A stretch of DNA of 54,394 nt, filler included, from Jimgerdemannia flammicorona (Eukaryota), in the NCBI GenBank assembly GCA_003990765.1. It is 3 parts of 3 records of this genome, joined end to end, with 100 filler letters (N's around TTAATTAATTAA, not from the genome) between each part and the next. Parts side by side here need not be neighbours in the genome. Positions count along the whole stretch, not along the records: positions 18,174 to 36,236 come from RBNJ01002315.1; positions 36,337 to 54,394 come from RBNJ01002316.1; 1 more part is not named here. One strand, given 5' to 3'. Made by a program: the position numbers and the translations under genes. Below, piece by piece: positions 25,915-38,930 of this stretch. How positions within the stretch are numbered: the first letter of the stretch is position 1; each line of letters begins with the position of its first letter. The notes under the pieces were generated by a model, which was given only the letters and a program-made list of their open reading frames with translations, did not search any database and was not told where the DNA came from.

Positions 25915-27040
25915 TATAAGTACACAATCTTTAAGCTACCAAAATCACACATCACTCTTAGAATAAATTCAGAAATCACATGCAAGATTATAAAGCTGAG
26001 TCAAACCAAAGTCACAGAGCACAAAGCTGAGTCAACTTGAAGTTACAGAATATAAGATTTATATAAATAGAATCTTACCAATCAAGACCAAATATATATG
26101 TATATACCAAGTACTTAGATATATCAAAATAGAGAACTATAACAAACTAAATAAATAACCATAACTCTTAAATATATATACAAATATGACCACTGAGATT
26201 TACAACTACATCTATACTGATATTTGGAATATCATTGTCAACTGAGCTACCTCTTCTCTACTTCTCATGAATATCCATAGCCTGGTACCTCTTTACTTTA
26301 TAAAAGCCAATGAAATACTCTGAACATACTCAGCAAAGCTTACTAAATTGGACAAATCTCAAGCTACTACCAGATTGACTGTCTCCTAGAAGATATGATT
26401 GAACACTACTATAATATAGATATTATCTAAATATCTCAAAACCAGAAACTCATTGCTTATAAATACTAAGAACTCTTCTATAAGTACAGTATCTTTATTC
26501 TCCATCTCTGAGTTACTACTACTGAAATAGTTGTCACTCTGTCCTATAGCCAAATTGATGATATAGTATAAGAACTTAACCACAAGTATATCAAGTATAT
26601 CCAGACCACAGATAGAATCTTCTCATATCTCAATGACTACATCCTACAAATGCCCCAAGTTAGTATATTATGAAGAATATCTATGATATAATCTAGTTTA
26701 ATAATAATGAAATAGAAGATCTCTGCTAGCTCTGATTACTCCATCAATCTTGCTAATGAACTTACAATAGTTCATAACTATCTATGAGACCTATTGAGAT
26801 AATAACTACTAGTATGAGTACTAACCTATATTTATGTCTGACTACTTTAACTACAATGAAGAGACTAGAGAACATAACCTATATCTCCAGACAACCCTCA
26901 ATATTGAACCAACAACTCTACTATCTGAGTATAAATAACATGAAGAACAGCTGCTAACTTACTATAACTTAGCAATATATAGTATCATAACCTACAGAAG
27001 ATATACAGATAGTAAATCTAATGAAAGTGAAGATGATATA

Positions 27041-30000
27041 TATAAGAGGGTTGCTTTTTAGGATAACCATTATGTAGTTCTGGAAGGGTTTTCTGGAAGT
27101 TCTGGATATTCTGGAAGACCATTTTCTTATAGTCAAGATCAATTTTGTATGGAGTACATCCTCTATACTTATTGATTTCAAGATTGAGTTGATATCTCAA
27201 CCAAAGTCCTTTTTCAGACTAGTTCTGGATGTTCAGAATTCTCTATATTTCAGAAAGTTTAAGAAACTAAGACCAGCTTAGTTGAATTGGCATATCACTG
27301 CAGATAATACCCAATTAGGTAATTTCGTGACAGGATTAGGAGTGGGACCTAATGGAGAGTGAATTTACTTAAGAGTGGTTTGTGGGTTATTAAATAGGTT
27401 TATTCACTATTTATGATATTGCTATACTAGGAGTAGTTGTGTAAAGGGATATTGTGGGGAAGTATTCAGGAGTATTCTTGGATATCTGGATCTGAGATTC
27501 TGAGGTCTGAGGGAGGGGGTATTTATACTAGTGAGGGGCTATCTGGGCTATGCTGAATATGGATATAGCACTTAGTGCCTTACTGAGTTGGAATACAGTC
27601 ACATAGTTCAAGTGTGATCTGACATATCAAGAGATTATCTGACTACTGAGTCAGTTCACAGTCATGTTGTATAAGGCAAATCTAACTATACTATGACTGC
27701 TAGGCTATTTATAGGTTTAGACACTATCTGGGTAGTCTTCAATGACATCACCAACAATAATATTATCTCTGATGAAGTAGTCATCTAGAAAGAGTGATTT
27801 GTGGATTACTTCTCCTTGTTTGCTGAGGTAATAATATATTGGGACTTTATCACCATCTTACAGGATAGCATCATCTGTCTCATATGCTAGATAAGGCATT
27901 GGTGGGTGAAGGAGGGGTGCATTGTCTTCACTTTCATTGGATTCACTGTCTGTATACCTTCTATAGGTTATAGTACTATGAGTCATGGGGTTGTAGTAAA
28001 CTGGTGGCTGTAGTTCATGTCACTTGTACTTAGGTGGTGGAGTGGTTGGTTCGATCTCAAGGGTTGTCTGGAGGTATAGGTTGTGTTTTTTTTTTTTTTT
28101 TTTTTTTATAGTTACTTAGACTCCTTTATTATGAACTATCTAATACAATATCAACTAACCACAAACCACTACCAACATCACATAACATATATAAGTAGAG
28201 CCCTTCAACCAACTTCAACCAACTCCTTCCTTCCATCTCACCCCTTGATCATCTAAAACCAGATATCCTTGACTCCTCTGTATAATATCCTACACCTTCT
28301 TTAAGGCTCCTAGTTGAAGTTGCTTCCCCTGATACCACCATCCCTGAACTATCTCCTGGAGAAGCCACCTCCACTGCTCCACCATCTTACCAATCCCCAT
28401 CTATGGGTCCTGTTCAAAAATCCACTGCCAATGTACCACCATCAAGACCCAGACTCTTAAAACTTGACCAAGGCCCCCCCATATATCACTAATTTCCCCT
28501 ACCAGCCAGTGCTTGACTACCAGACTGGTCAGATCATCTGCCCTATGCCTCTCTGAGCCCCAGTAACCTTCCAAACTCTGCCAAAATCCTTCCACACCTG
28601 GGCAGGCCCCCAGAACATATTCTGGTATCTAAACAACTCCTCCATCTACCTCATCACACCACTCACAGTCCCGACAGCCATCCACCTCCATCTAACCTGT
28701 CCAATAGCTCAGCATCACATTACATCTCAAAAATCGCCACCAAACCACTCAGTATTTGGGAGGCACCATCTTGTATACTGAGGCTCCCCAATTCCAAATT
28801 TGAGCCCACTCCTAGTCTTCACCAATACCAGCTCTCTGCCACCCAGGTGGCCATCTCTCCAGAGGGCCAGACCTGATCCACTCTATTGCCTCAATTAGAG
28901 AGTACTCCTTCAGACTGTGGCCACCAACACAAAGGTCTCTCAGTTGCTACCACCTCTGCTCAGGGTTCTCACCCACCTTGATCTCTGGGCCTGCCAACCC
29001 CATGGCCAGCCAGGCCTCTACAATACCCCACCAGAACCCCTTAAACCACAGTCGGCCTATACTCCTAACTTGAAGCAAGCCCCGCATATCCTTCCAAACC
29101 TCACCATGATGGCAGAACCAGACCTCCCAATTATCCATAGTCAGTCTGCCCCAACCTTCCTCACCTAGTTCTATCATTCGGCACCCCCACCAGCCCCAAA
29201 GCACCTTCAGCTAGCATCTGAAATCCACCAACCCCAGGCCTCCATCTGAAGTCCTCATTACTAAAGTCTCCCATCCAATCTGTGGACACCTCCCATGCCA
29301 CAACCACCCTTCTACAATCTTCTTCAACTGCTGCACCACCCACCCTGGGAAATCCAGATGATAACCCAGATACCACAGTTTGGATAGCCAATACACATTC
29401 AAGACCACTATCCTGCCAATCAAGGAGAAGCTCCTCCCTGACCAATCTGTCAGAGCACCTTCCAGCCTCTGAATTAAATCACACCACCACTCCTTCGGCA
29501 GGACTGTCCCATATACTGAGAACCAGATACCCAGATATCGAACTGCACTCCCCATGGCTACCAATTGTCTGAATTGTCCAAGACCTCCCAGTCTAGCACC
29601 AAGTTCCATTGTCTCATACTTGCCTCAATTCAACTTCACTCCTGCCAGCCTCTCATACTGTCCAACCCCTTCTTGCAGAGCTTCTACATCCTCCTGACTA
29701 CCCAACTCTACTACCATATCATCTGCAAAGGCACCCAGCTGCCAGACCACATCTCCCATCTTCAGTCCCGAGAGCCACCCCTTCAGCCATGCCAGCAGAG
29801 GCTCTAGAGAAAGTACATAAAGAAGGGGGGAGAGAGGATCCCTTTGTGGTACCCCTTGCCCCAAGGCAAACTCTGGTCTATACCATCCATTCATCATGAC
29901 TGCTGCTCGGCATCCCCATACTAAGCCCATCAGATGCCCTGCCTCTACTACACTAAATCCGGCCCTCCTCAGAACAGCCTCCAGATAACTCCACCGCACT

Positions 30001-33000
30001 CTGTTATAGGTCTTTTCTTGATCCAGAAAGACCATCTGGCCATCCACCTGCTGGCTCCTACAGCTCTCTAAAACATTCTGCACCCAGGCAGTACTATTCC
30101 TGATCTGCCTCCTCTTGACAAAGCCATGCTTCTCTTCTCCAACTAGTGCGCCAACATACTGCTGCATCCTCCCTACTAGAATCTTTGACACCAACTTTCT
30201 ATCTACATTCAGCAGCATGATAGGCTGCCAATTATGCCACACCCATCAATTCCCCTTTTTCTTGTATAGAAGAGAAACTAGCCCCAAGGAGCCATTGCCT
30301 ATCCAGCAACCCTCCTTCAGAATAGCATTGGCCATCTCCACTAACCAGTCACTGAACTCGGCCTTGAACTCCTTCCAAAATTCCCAGAGTAACCCATCCT
30401 CCCCTGGGGACGAACCAGTCTGCATCTTCCTCAATACTTCCAATACTTCATCTAGAGATACCTCCCCCATGACTACTTTCCCTATCTCAGGTATCACTAT
30501 CACTGGCCAACTGTTTACCATATTGTCATTATCCACCTCAAACTCTGTGCCCTCAGCCTACTCCCCACCATCCTGCCAAAGAGCTTGCCATTGGCTAGAT
30601 ACCTCCCCTAACATGTCAGTAATCCCAGAGACCTCTACTCTATCTTTGCACAATACTGAAGCCCAACTATGTCATACTCTCCTGGCCTTCAAGATACCAG
30701 ACAGATATCTTGTCGGCCTCTCTCCTTCTTCTAACCATCTAGCTTGTAGCCTGGCCAGCAGGCCATCTACCACCCTGGTCTCTAACACCTTTAAATCAAC
30801 CTGCAACTCAGCCATCTCTAATGCCAACTGGTGGCACACCTCTCCAGACAAGTTCCCCTTTTCCAAGAGCTTCAATCACCATCTCAGTCCCTTCTCCACT
30901 CTCCTTTCCTTGTCCTTCTGTTCTTTTCCAGCCACTTCTCCAACATTATGCCAGTAAGCACCAGCTAAGTGTTTGAATTTACCCCACCATTTTGCTATCA
31001 ACTGTCCTTTATTCCACCATAGCATAACTTCCTGTTTCATAATGATTACAAAATTGTCCCTCTCCTTCTTCCTCCTGAGTAAGGCTATATTGAGGCACCA
31101 GCATCCACTACCACTGCCTGCCGCTTGGAATCTCCTGCAAACCTCCACTCCCCAGTGATCTGACCAAGGGCACCAGTATACCTCAGCAGTGTCCAGTACA
31201 TTACCCCAGCACTCTGCTACTAGCACCCAGTCTATTCATGTCCCAACTAATACTGTTCCAACTGGGTTCCACTGGGTGAAAGGTCCCACCACATCCCTCT
31301 GCCATTGACGAATACCATCCACCAAGTCCATGTCTCACTCCACCTGAAGCCATTGAGAAAGTCCATGTGATACTGTGACTCCTGCTCCACCATCAGATCT
31401 GTCCAGTGCTTGATCACACACCATATTGAAGTCCCCCCCCAAAATGTCCAAAGCAACTACCTCCTGACCATCCCATGTCTGCCATCCCTTAACCCATTGC
31501 TTTCGCTCTCTGCCAACTGCAGGGAGGTAAACTGATCTAACTGTCAAACCATCACCTGCCCCTCCTTTTAGTCTTCCCCAGATCAGTCTGTCGCCATAGC
31601 TCTCTACCTCCACCAACTTTCCTTTGCCTATACCAATCAAGATGCCTACCTACATATTCCAACCTGCTCCACCATACCATTCTTTACTTCAAATCTCATA
31701 GTCTGACTCGCCATAAGCCCAAACATCCTGTAGAAACATAACATTATACCTCCTGACTTTAAGCCATCTGAACAGCTGCTGTCTTTTAACACTATCTTGC
31801 AATCCATTGACATTGATTAATAAAATACGTAGATTGTTCATCATCATTAAGGAAATTATTTAAAGCTCAGCTGGGACCACTACCACCTTCTCAGCCTTTC
31901 TTCTAATAATCTCTTGCTGGTCCTTACAAATTGTCCTCCAGATTTGATCACCATTTTCACTACTGCAGAACAGGTCCACTCTTTCAGTTGCCACCTTCCT
32001 GATATCAGCTATTCTGCTCTTATCAATATCATACCCTTCATCATCCAGAAGAGCAGCTACCATTGCCATCACCAGCTTAGGCCCCTGCATCGCTACCTTG
32101 AGAAATCCTTCCCATACCTCCTGAGATCCATTAAACATGTCCACTTCCTTGATATCCTCCTCAGCCAGCTCCTCTAGCACCACCTGGTACCAACTCTCTG
32201 CCATCATCACCAGGGGCCCAGGAGTTAAAGGCCTGGGGGTCCTGCTCAACTCTTACAGTTGTTCTCTATCTGCTGACACATCAGAAGCCACATCCACCAG
32301 CTCATCCTCCTCCACCACTTTCTCCAAATGAATTACCTCACCAGCTTCCAGGTACTCCCAATGCATATTTACCACTCCAGCCATATGAGTGTCCTCCACC
32401 TGAGTTTCCAGCACCACTTCAGCATCAACCTCAAAGCCTCCTTCACCAACCTCCTCCTTATCCTCCTACTTTCCTCTCACCAGTGCATATGCTGAGTCCT
32501 CTATACCACCCAGCTGGGAGAAGGACACCTCTGCCACCTCCACTCCTTCTATCTGATTCTTGGCCACCTCTACTCTTGCCTCCTCTTCTACTGCCGCCCT
32601 CTGAAGGGCTGTCTGTAGATGCTCCCAGTTCCCTTTCCTCCACCTCTTCTGCTTGCCATCTGCCTGGATCCAGACTCAATCCTTTGCATACTCCTCCCAC
32701 TTCCTCTTTCACAGCTCCTTGACAGCCTCTTCTCCTTCAGAGCAATTGCTAACTCTTCCTCCTCCTGTTCTGCTCCCTTCCTCCTCCACACCCTGCACTC
32801 TTGCCCCCCAATTCTAATCCCTTCAGATCAATCATGGTCTAGCCCAGTCACCTCCTTGCCTTCCAATTGCAGCATCACCTCACAGTTACCATTCCTCAAC
32901 TTAATGCTCTCCCAGAACATGAATCTGAAGTCCACCATCTCACCATATCCACCCAGTGCCTCTACCATCATCTCCTTGGTCTCCTGCCTGCCTAGAGTAG

Positions 33001-34938
33001 GCAGTCCTTCCACCACCAGCTGAACAGTATGTGGATCCCATCTCAGACACCTTGCCATCCCAATCTGGACACCCTTGACTGTCATCCCTTTCTCCAGTGC
33101 CTTCACTATTGCCTCCTCCTTCACAAATCCAATCTCTACAGCCTCTGCCAAAGGGATGAACTTCAGAGATTCTGCCCCAGCCACCTCCTCCCCCACCAGT
33201 CTCAGAACCTCCCTCGCTGACATCACTAATCCCAGGAAGTTTGCCAAGATTGCCAATGTTGACACTGATTTGTGAAAGAAGGGCCTCACCACCAGCTTGC
33301 TAGTCCCAGCCACCAGAGTCACCTTTCCTTTGGCCCCTGAAATACTAGTAGTTATCTCACCAGGTACAGCTGTGCCACCTACAGTCTTCTCCCCAGCCAC
33401 CTGCTCAGTTACAGAAAAACCAGTCTCCAGCATCATGCCACCAGACCCCTGTCTCCTGCCAGCCACCTGACCTGTCACCTGACTCATCACCTGACCCCTC
33501 CCCCTGTCAACACTATGTCCCCCCTGGCCAACCCCCATGGGTCTAGTTGCAGCCCTCCTATTCTTAACCACCATATGCCAGGCCTCAATCTCTCCAGTTC
33601 TCCCCTGTCCACCTGCCCCTCCAGCCACTACACCAGTCCCTGCAGCAGCTGCAAAGCTCTTGGGGATGCTCAGACTGGGCCTCCTCCTCTTTAGATGCTC
33701 AGAGCTAGAGGAATCTTGACTAGCCATGTCACCAAAACTTGACAGTTTTCCCTGAAACTTGTTGTGTCTTATAGGTAGACTCCCACCACATGATATATAC
33801 TAGTATGTTCGAAATAAAAACTTGAAAATGTGTTGTCTTTTGCTGAAAGATGTCTGTGTAGCTTAGCTCTCTCCAAATGGTTCGAGCAAAAGAAGTTCCT
33901 GATACTCAGTATAGGTTGTGTTCTTTGGTCTCTTCATTGTAGTTGAAGTAATTAGGAGTGAATATGGGTTGGTATTCATACCAGTGGTCATTGTCCTAAT
34001 AGGTCTTGTAGGTGGTTATGAACTGTTGTAAGTTCATTGGCAAGATTGGTAGAGTAATCAGGATTGGCAGAGATTCTTAACTAGAGGTCATGTTAGCATC
34101 AGAGGGATCATTGTCTTCTGCTTCATCTTCATCGAACCAGATTATATCATAGACATCCTTCATAGTGTATCCAACTTGAGGCATTTGTAGGATATGGTCA
34201 TCAGGGTGTGGGAAGGTTCTGTCTGTGGTCTGGATATACTCAAGGTACTTGTGGTTGAGTTCTTATATCATGTCATCAATTTGACCATAAGACAGAGTAG
34301 CAACCATTTTGGTAGTAGTAACTCAGAGGTGGGGAATAAAGGTGCTATACTTGTAAAAGAGTTCTCAGTATTTACAGGCAATGAGTTTCTGGTGTTGAGA
34401 CATCTGGATAATGTCCATGTCATGGAGTGTTCGACTATGTCTTCCAGGAGGTAGCCAATCTGGTAGTAGCTTGAGATTTGTCCAATTTGATGGACCTCAC
34501 TAAGCATGTTTAGGATATTTTATCAGACTTCTACAAAGTAGAGGGGTGCTAGACTATGGATATTCATGACAGACAGAGGGGGGTGTAGCTCGGTTGACAA
34601 TGGCATTCCAAATGTCAGCACAGATACAGTTGTAGATCTTGGTGGTCATGTTTATATATGTTCAGAGGTTGTGGTTGTTGTTTGTTTTGATTCTTTATTT
34701 GATGCATCTTGGTACTTGGTATATATACATTTAGTCCTGATTGGTAAGATTCTGTTTATATGAATCCTGTATTCTATGACTTCATATTGACTCAGCTTTA
34801 TATACTGTGACTTTGGTTTAACTCAGCTTCATGACTGAGCAGGTGATTTCCAGATTTGTTCAGAGGTTGCATGTGATTTCGGTGGCTTGTTCAGAGGGTA
34901 ATATGTGATTTCAGTGACTTGGAGATTGTGCACTTACA
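27041..34938 (-). mobile_element. Solo LTR (~2.06 kb: 27041-28087 + 33923-34938) with 5-bp TSD
   Basis: Ends are TATAAG (TGTAA) and TTACA. Flanks ATATA (27036-27040) and ATGTA (34939-34943) both derive by transitions from ATGCA, the homologous site preserved at ~27918-27922 (reverse complement). Confidence 0.8.
28088..33908 (-). mobile_element. Full-length but inactivated L1/Tx1-clade LINE with poly(A) and 14-bp TSD
   Basis: Poly(T) at 28086-28107. TSD GTATAGGTTGTGTT at 28074-28087 and 33909-33922; the empty site is seen in the LTR copy at ~26850-26900. ORF1 spans 33727-31860. ORF2 starts ~31847 with ILLINVNG, GGDFN, WSDH, LDQEK, GVPQ.DPLSP, FADD and YLGI. Confidence 0.93.
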
Positions 34939-35808
34939 ATGTACCTCTCCTTTGCTCACCAACTCCATACCCAGCATATAAGACAGATGATACTATTCTG
35001 TGAGATAGTGATATAGTCTCAATATATTATTATCTAAGTGAATAGAAAGAAGTAATTCAAAAACCACTCTTCCTAGATAATATTATCAATGGTGATATCA
35101 TCAAAGACTATCCAGACAGTATCTAAATCTATAGATAGTTTAGCAGGTATTAGTATAGTTAGATTAGCTCTATATGATGTGACTGTATACTGACTCAGCA
35201 GTCAGATAATCTCTTGATATATCAGTTCACACTTATACTATATAACTGCATTCTGACTCAGTAAGGCACTAAGTGCTATATTTATATTTAGCATAGTCTA
35301 GATAGCTCCCCATTAGTATAAATACCCTCTCTTTCAGATCTTAGAAACATAGACTTAAATATTCTGAATATACAATAACTTCTGAACACTTCTCTACAAT
35401 ATTCTTTCACATAACTACTCCCAGTATAGCAATATCATAAATAGTGAATAAATCTATTTAATAATCTACAAACTACTCTTAAGTAAAATCTATACTCTAT
35501 TAACTCCCAATCCCACCATATTATAAAATTTCCTAATTGGATATTGTCTGCAGTAATATGCTAATTCAACTAAGCTGGCCTTAGTTGAACTTTCTGAAAT
35601 ATGAAAAATCCTGAACATCTAGAATAAGTCTGAAAAAGAACTTTGGTTGATATATCATCTAATCTTGAAATCAATAAGTATAGAGGATATACTTCAAATA
35701 AAATTGATCTTAACCTTAAAGAAAATGGTCTTCTAGAATATCCTGAACTTTCAGAAAACTCTTCTAGAACTATATAATAGTACTTTTATAAGTAACTCTT
35801 TTACAACT

Positions 35809-35821
35809 TAGTAGTAGCAGT
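35809..35821 (+). promoter_or_regulatory. Mutated primer-binding site, probably tRNA-Leu type
   Basis: TAGTAGTAGCAGT lies 3 nt after the LTR end. It differs from TGGTGGCAGCGGT only by TG>TA, CA>TA and CG>CA transitions. Confidence 0.6.
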
Positions 35822-36236
35822 TTACAATCCAATTCTACTTCAAGATGCTTCCTTATCCCACTATAAAACCTCTATGAGAATTTCTACAAGTTGGTATAAA
35901 GCCCAACCTCTGAACTGAAATTTATTCTGAACTATCTGACAATTTAGAGAGAGTTGAATCTGACATATAAGGACAATTTGACCTCTATACTTATAATAAG
36001 TAAGACAGGCTTCATCTACAAAAAGAAGTACTCTAATTAAATTAGTAAATAGATAAAACTCTTATATCAAACTCCTTACTCTACACTCTGTAAGTCAAGA
36101 TGAAGAAGGTCTTATAAAAGCCTTCTTTACTCTTCTCAATAAGAGTTTTATTAGCTCTATAAATCCAAGTAACTTAGGATAACCAGCAGCTGTCTTTCTA
36201 GTCTTAGTTCTCTATAAAGCCCAAGCCTCTTTTTTT

Positions 36237-36336
36237 NNNNNNNNNNNNNNNNNNNNNNNNNNNNNNNNNNNNNNNNNNNNTTAATTAATTAANNNNNNNN
36301 NNNNNNNNNNNNNNNNNNNNNNNNNNNNNNNNNNNN
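36237..36336. other. Artificial contig linker (44 N + TTAATTAATTAA + 44 N)
   Basis: Identical to 18074-18173. Confidence 0.98.
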
Positions 36337-36964
36337 AAAAAAAAAAAAAAAAAAAAAAAAGAGATGCAGAATGTCGATTCTCTCGAGCAAAAATTGTTTA
36401 TTTTCCTTTCATCAACACGGCCAATCGCAATGGAACCCACCACATATTTTGCCGCTTTGGGCGGGCCAAAGCGGGTAGCTGCCTGAAAGGAGGTGCTTTC
36501 ACTGTGGTGGCGATTTACACGGGTCTGGAATTGTTTTTAGGTTCGGAAATCAAATGAATGTACACGTTCGTTTCTTTCAAGAAACGAAATGGCTATATCA
36601 TATGCTGTGGTGAAAAATACTAAATCATTAACCAAACTAAGGACGTAAAAGCCTGAGCCTCAGAGGCGATCTGTTGTTGAAAATGCTTCATGCTCCTTGC
36701 AGATTCAGGTATTCCAAAGAAAATTCGTCCAGTTCATTACCTTTTTTGTCCGGAAAATGAAATGACGCGTCCGGAAAACGAGCGCAAATGAAAGGACACA
36801 TGGCTGTTTTGTACTTACAAACGCCCCCAACATAATTAGGTGAATGAGGGACAGGGTTTTCTCACAATCTTCTTAAAGGGGCGTTACTGAATGGTGATGC
36901 CGCATATAGAGATCAAGGCCCTGGGGCCGGACTTGCACCTTTGCCGAAAAATGAACGTGAGCCG

Positions 36965-37019
<55 letters not shown>

Positions 37020-37029
<10 letters not shown>

Positions 37030-37362
37030 TAAAGCATAAACTCTAAAATTCGCCAACCCAAAGATTCTTACGATACAAGCACACGATTTCTCAAAAGCGG
37101 TACAAAACACCTTTATCAATTAAACGCAGATAAAATAAACTGAAAACAATACTTGCGAAGGGGGGGTTTTTTTTTTTTTTTCTAGTCAATTTACAGGGTT
37201 TATTATACGGCATGATCTGTTGCTAGGAAATTTTGGTCCGAAAGTCGACTGTGAATTTGTATTTACAAGCTTCTTTTATTCAAGAGATGAAGTCTACGGT
37301 ATTTCGATTTTACTGTATTATTTCTAAACTGATGATCGCAACAGGCAACTACCACACACAAA
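37020..37362 (+). repeat. Non-coding duplicated segment, CpG-intact copy (partner at ~46050-46385)
   Basis: Collinear blocks are shared with the partner, e.g. aataaactgaaaacaata, atttacag, ttgctag.aaatttt, tgaatttgtatt and ctgatgat. Both copies follow an A-tract. Confidence 0.8.
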
Positions 37363-37848
37363 TGTACGGAGAAAACCCCTTGGCTGTCAGCCTTCTAATC
37401 ACCCATGTATTTCGATTACCCGCTCCAGCTTCTATACCAGTACATGTTCGGCTCGGATCATTCGAATTGATTGGGAACCATAACATTCACATCAGTGAAC
37501 ACCAACTTCTATGAAAAAATACATTAAAATGAACTCATCCAATATACCTCTGATGAAATGAAAGGTAATTGTAACGGGGAAAATGAAACAAAAATATATA
37601 AAATAAATGTTTCCGAGTATGTGCAAACCAAAAGGAGAATACCATTCAAGAATGTGATGACGTTTATAAAAGTGGTACCATTGTAAACACAATGAATTAC
37701 AAACCATCAGCGCCGCTGATTTGGAAACACCCTCGGCCAGCACGCACACAATGCCAAATTACCTAATTAATCTCCTTTATATCCTTCGATGCCCAACACT
37801 GGGATGGCTCTAATAATAAAACTTCGTGAAAAGTACTGGCGAAGGGAC

Positions 37849-38397
37849 CTATTTTTTTTTGTCTTCCTTGAACTTGGGTGGGTGCAGAGAGAACATAGGG
37901 TTCTCCTGGTTAGGTTTCTTGTGCACGTAGATGTTCTCGATCGTTTGGCTATGCGACGCGAGATAATATTTGTCGGTGGTCCTCTGGCGCAGCTTGAAGC
38001 GGTCGTCCTTGGTCACGTACGACGATTCATACAAGGAAACGTCGAGGTCCATGTCGGCGCTAGCGTCGCCGTCGTCGCAGGCCATGACCATCTATTCGTC
38101 GTTCGCGTTTGGCATCTCCTTATCGAATAAACGAAGCGAGACCTCGGGCGCCGTCTGTCACGGGCACCTGATTCCGGTAGCTACCATGTAGGTAAAGCTT
38201 GTTGGTCGTGTGCCCCGGGATGAACGCCGGCTGGATGTAGACAGGCAGACGTACTGACCCTGGTTTTGTTGGCCGGCGATTTGACGACCTTCCATACAAT
38301 AGAATTGTCATGTTCACCTGATTGTAACGGGACATGTGGTCACGACCATACCGGTGTATCCCGGCGTCGAGCCGTAGTAGAACGGCTTCCCACTCAC
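37849..38397 (-). pseudogene. MIR-domain (beta-trefoil) protein pseudogene
   Basis: HTTNKLYLHGSY...PVT..[frameshift]EVS...NANDE*MV and YVTKDDRFKLRQRTTDKYYLASHS resemble two MIR repeats (LxHxxTxxYLHSH...EVS...DxNDxW). The conserved Trp codon is TAG. Confidence 0.55.
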
Positions 38398-38475
38398 TGT
38401 TTCGCCGGAATTGTCAAGTGAGAAGCGCGAAAGTGAAAATAGAACAGAGATAGATACAGGTCAGAGATAAGGTTT

Positions 38476-38930
38476 TCACGTTCTAGGGACAACTCTGAAC
38501 GCGGACAGTAACTCCACCCTTCCGGAGTTGGATAAAAACTTACAAGTATAATTGGTTTCGACGCTTCGGATGGTGAGCTCCGGGCTAGTGATTCCCCACA
38601 CCGTTGTGTGGGCCTGCTCTATTACATCCTTTACCTGGGACAGTAAATTTAGTGTTCGGCTAAATATGCTACGGTTCCAATCCGCCAAGGCGAAGAACAG
38701 GAAGGACAGTGAGAGGAGAGTTCAGATGAGGGTGAAAGAGGCGCTTCGTGGGAGTGGAATCTGAATGTACCATCCCTTGGGAGCATGATACCCTTGCTGG
38801 TGTGGGGATCGGGATTTGGATTTCCCTTTCGAGGTGGAGGATGAAAGTCAGGTCGTTGATGTTGATTTCTAATTCGCTATATATGCGGACGGGGGTGCGA
38901 CATACGATCGAAGGCGAGTGATATCAGGAT
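38476..38930 (-). pseudogene. Paralogue 1 of an unknown local gene family, degenerate
   Basis: The reverse complement contains gaaatcaacatcaacgacctgact..atcctccacctcgaaa and ggcggattggaaccg, shared with 39690-40135 and 42827-43534. Confidence 0.65.

Larger units (their letters stand above)
25915..36236 (+). mobile_element. LTR retrotransposon 5' part: ~2-kb 5' LTR (25915-27040 + 34944-35805), PBS and degraded gag-like start, cut by the contig end
   Basis: LTR termini are TATAAG (TGTAAG) and TTACA. The two halves are the reverse complement of the solo LTR inserted between them. A PBS-like sequence lies at 35809-35821, and a stop-riddled ORF begins at ~35845. Superfamily is not determinable from what is present. 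Confidence 0.75.

Noticed and set aside
27041..35805. Apparent ~850-bp terminal inverted repeats suggesting a large DNA transposon
   Set aside because: Better explained as antiparallel nested LTR copies, given TG..CA ends, a 5-bp TSD and a PBS.
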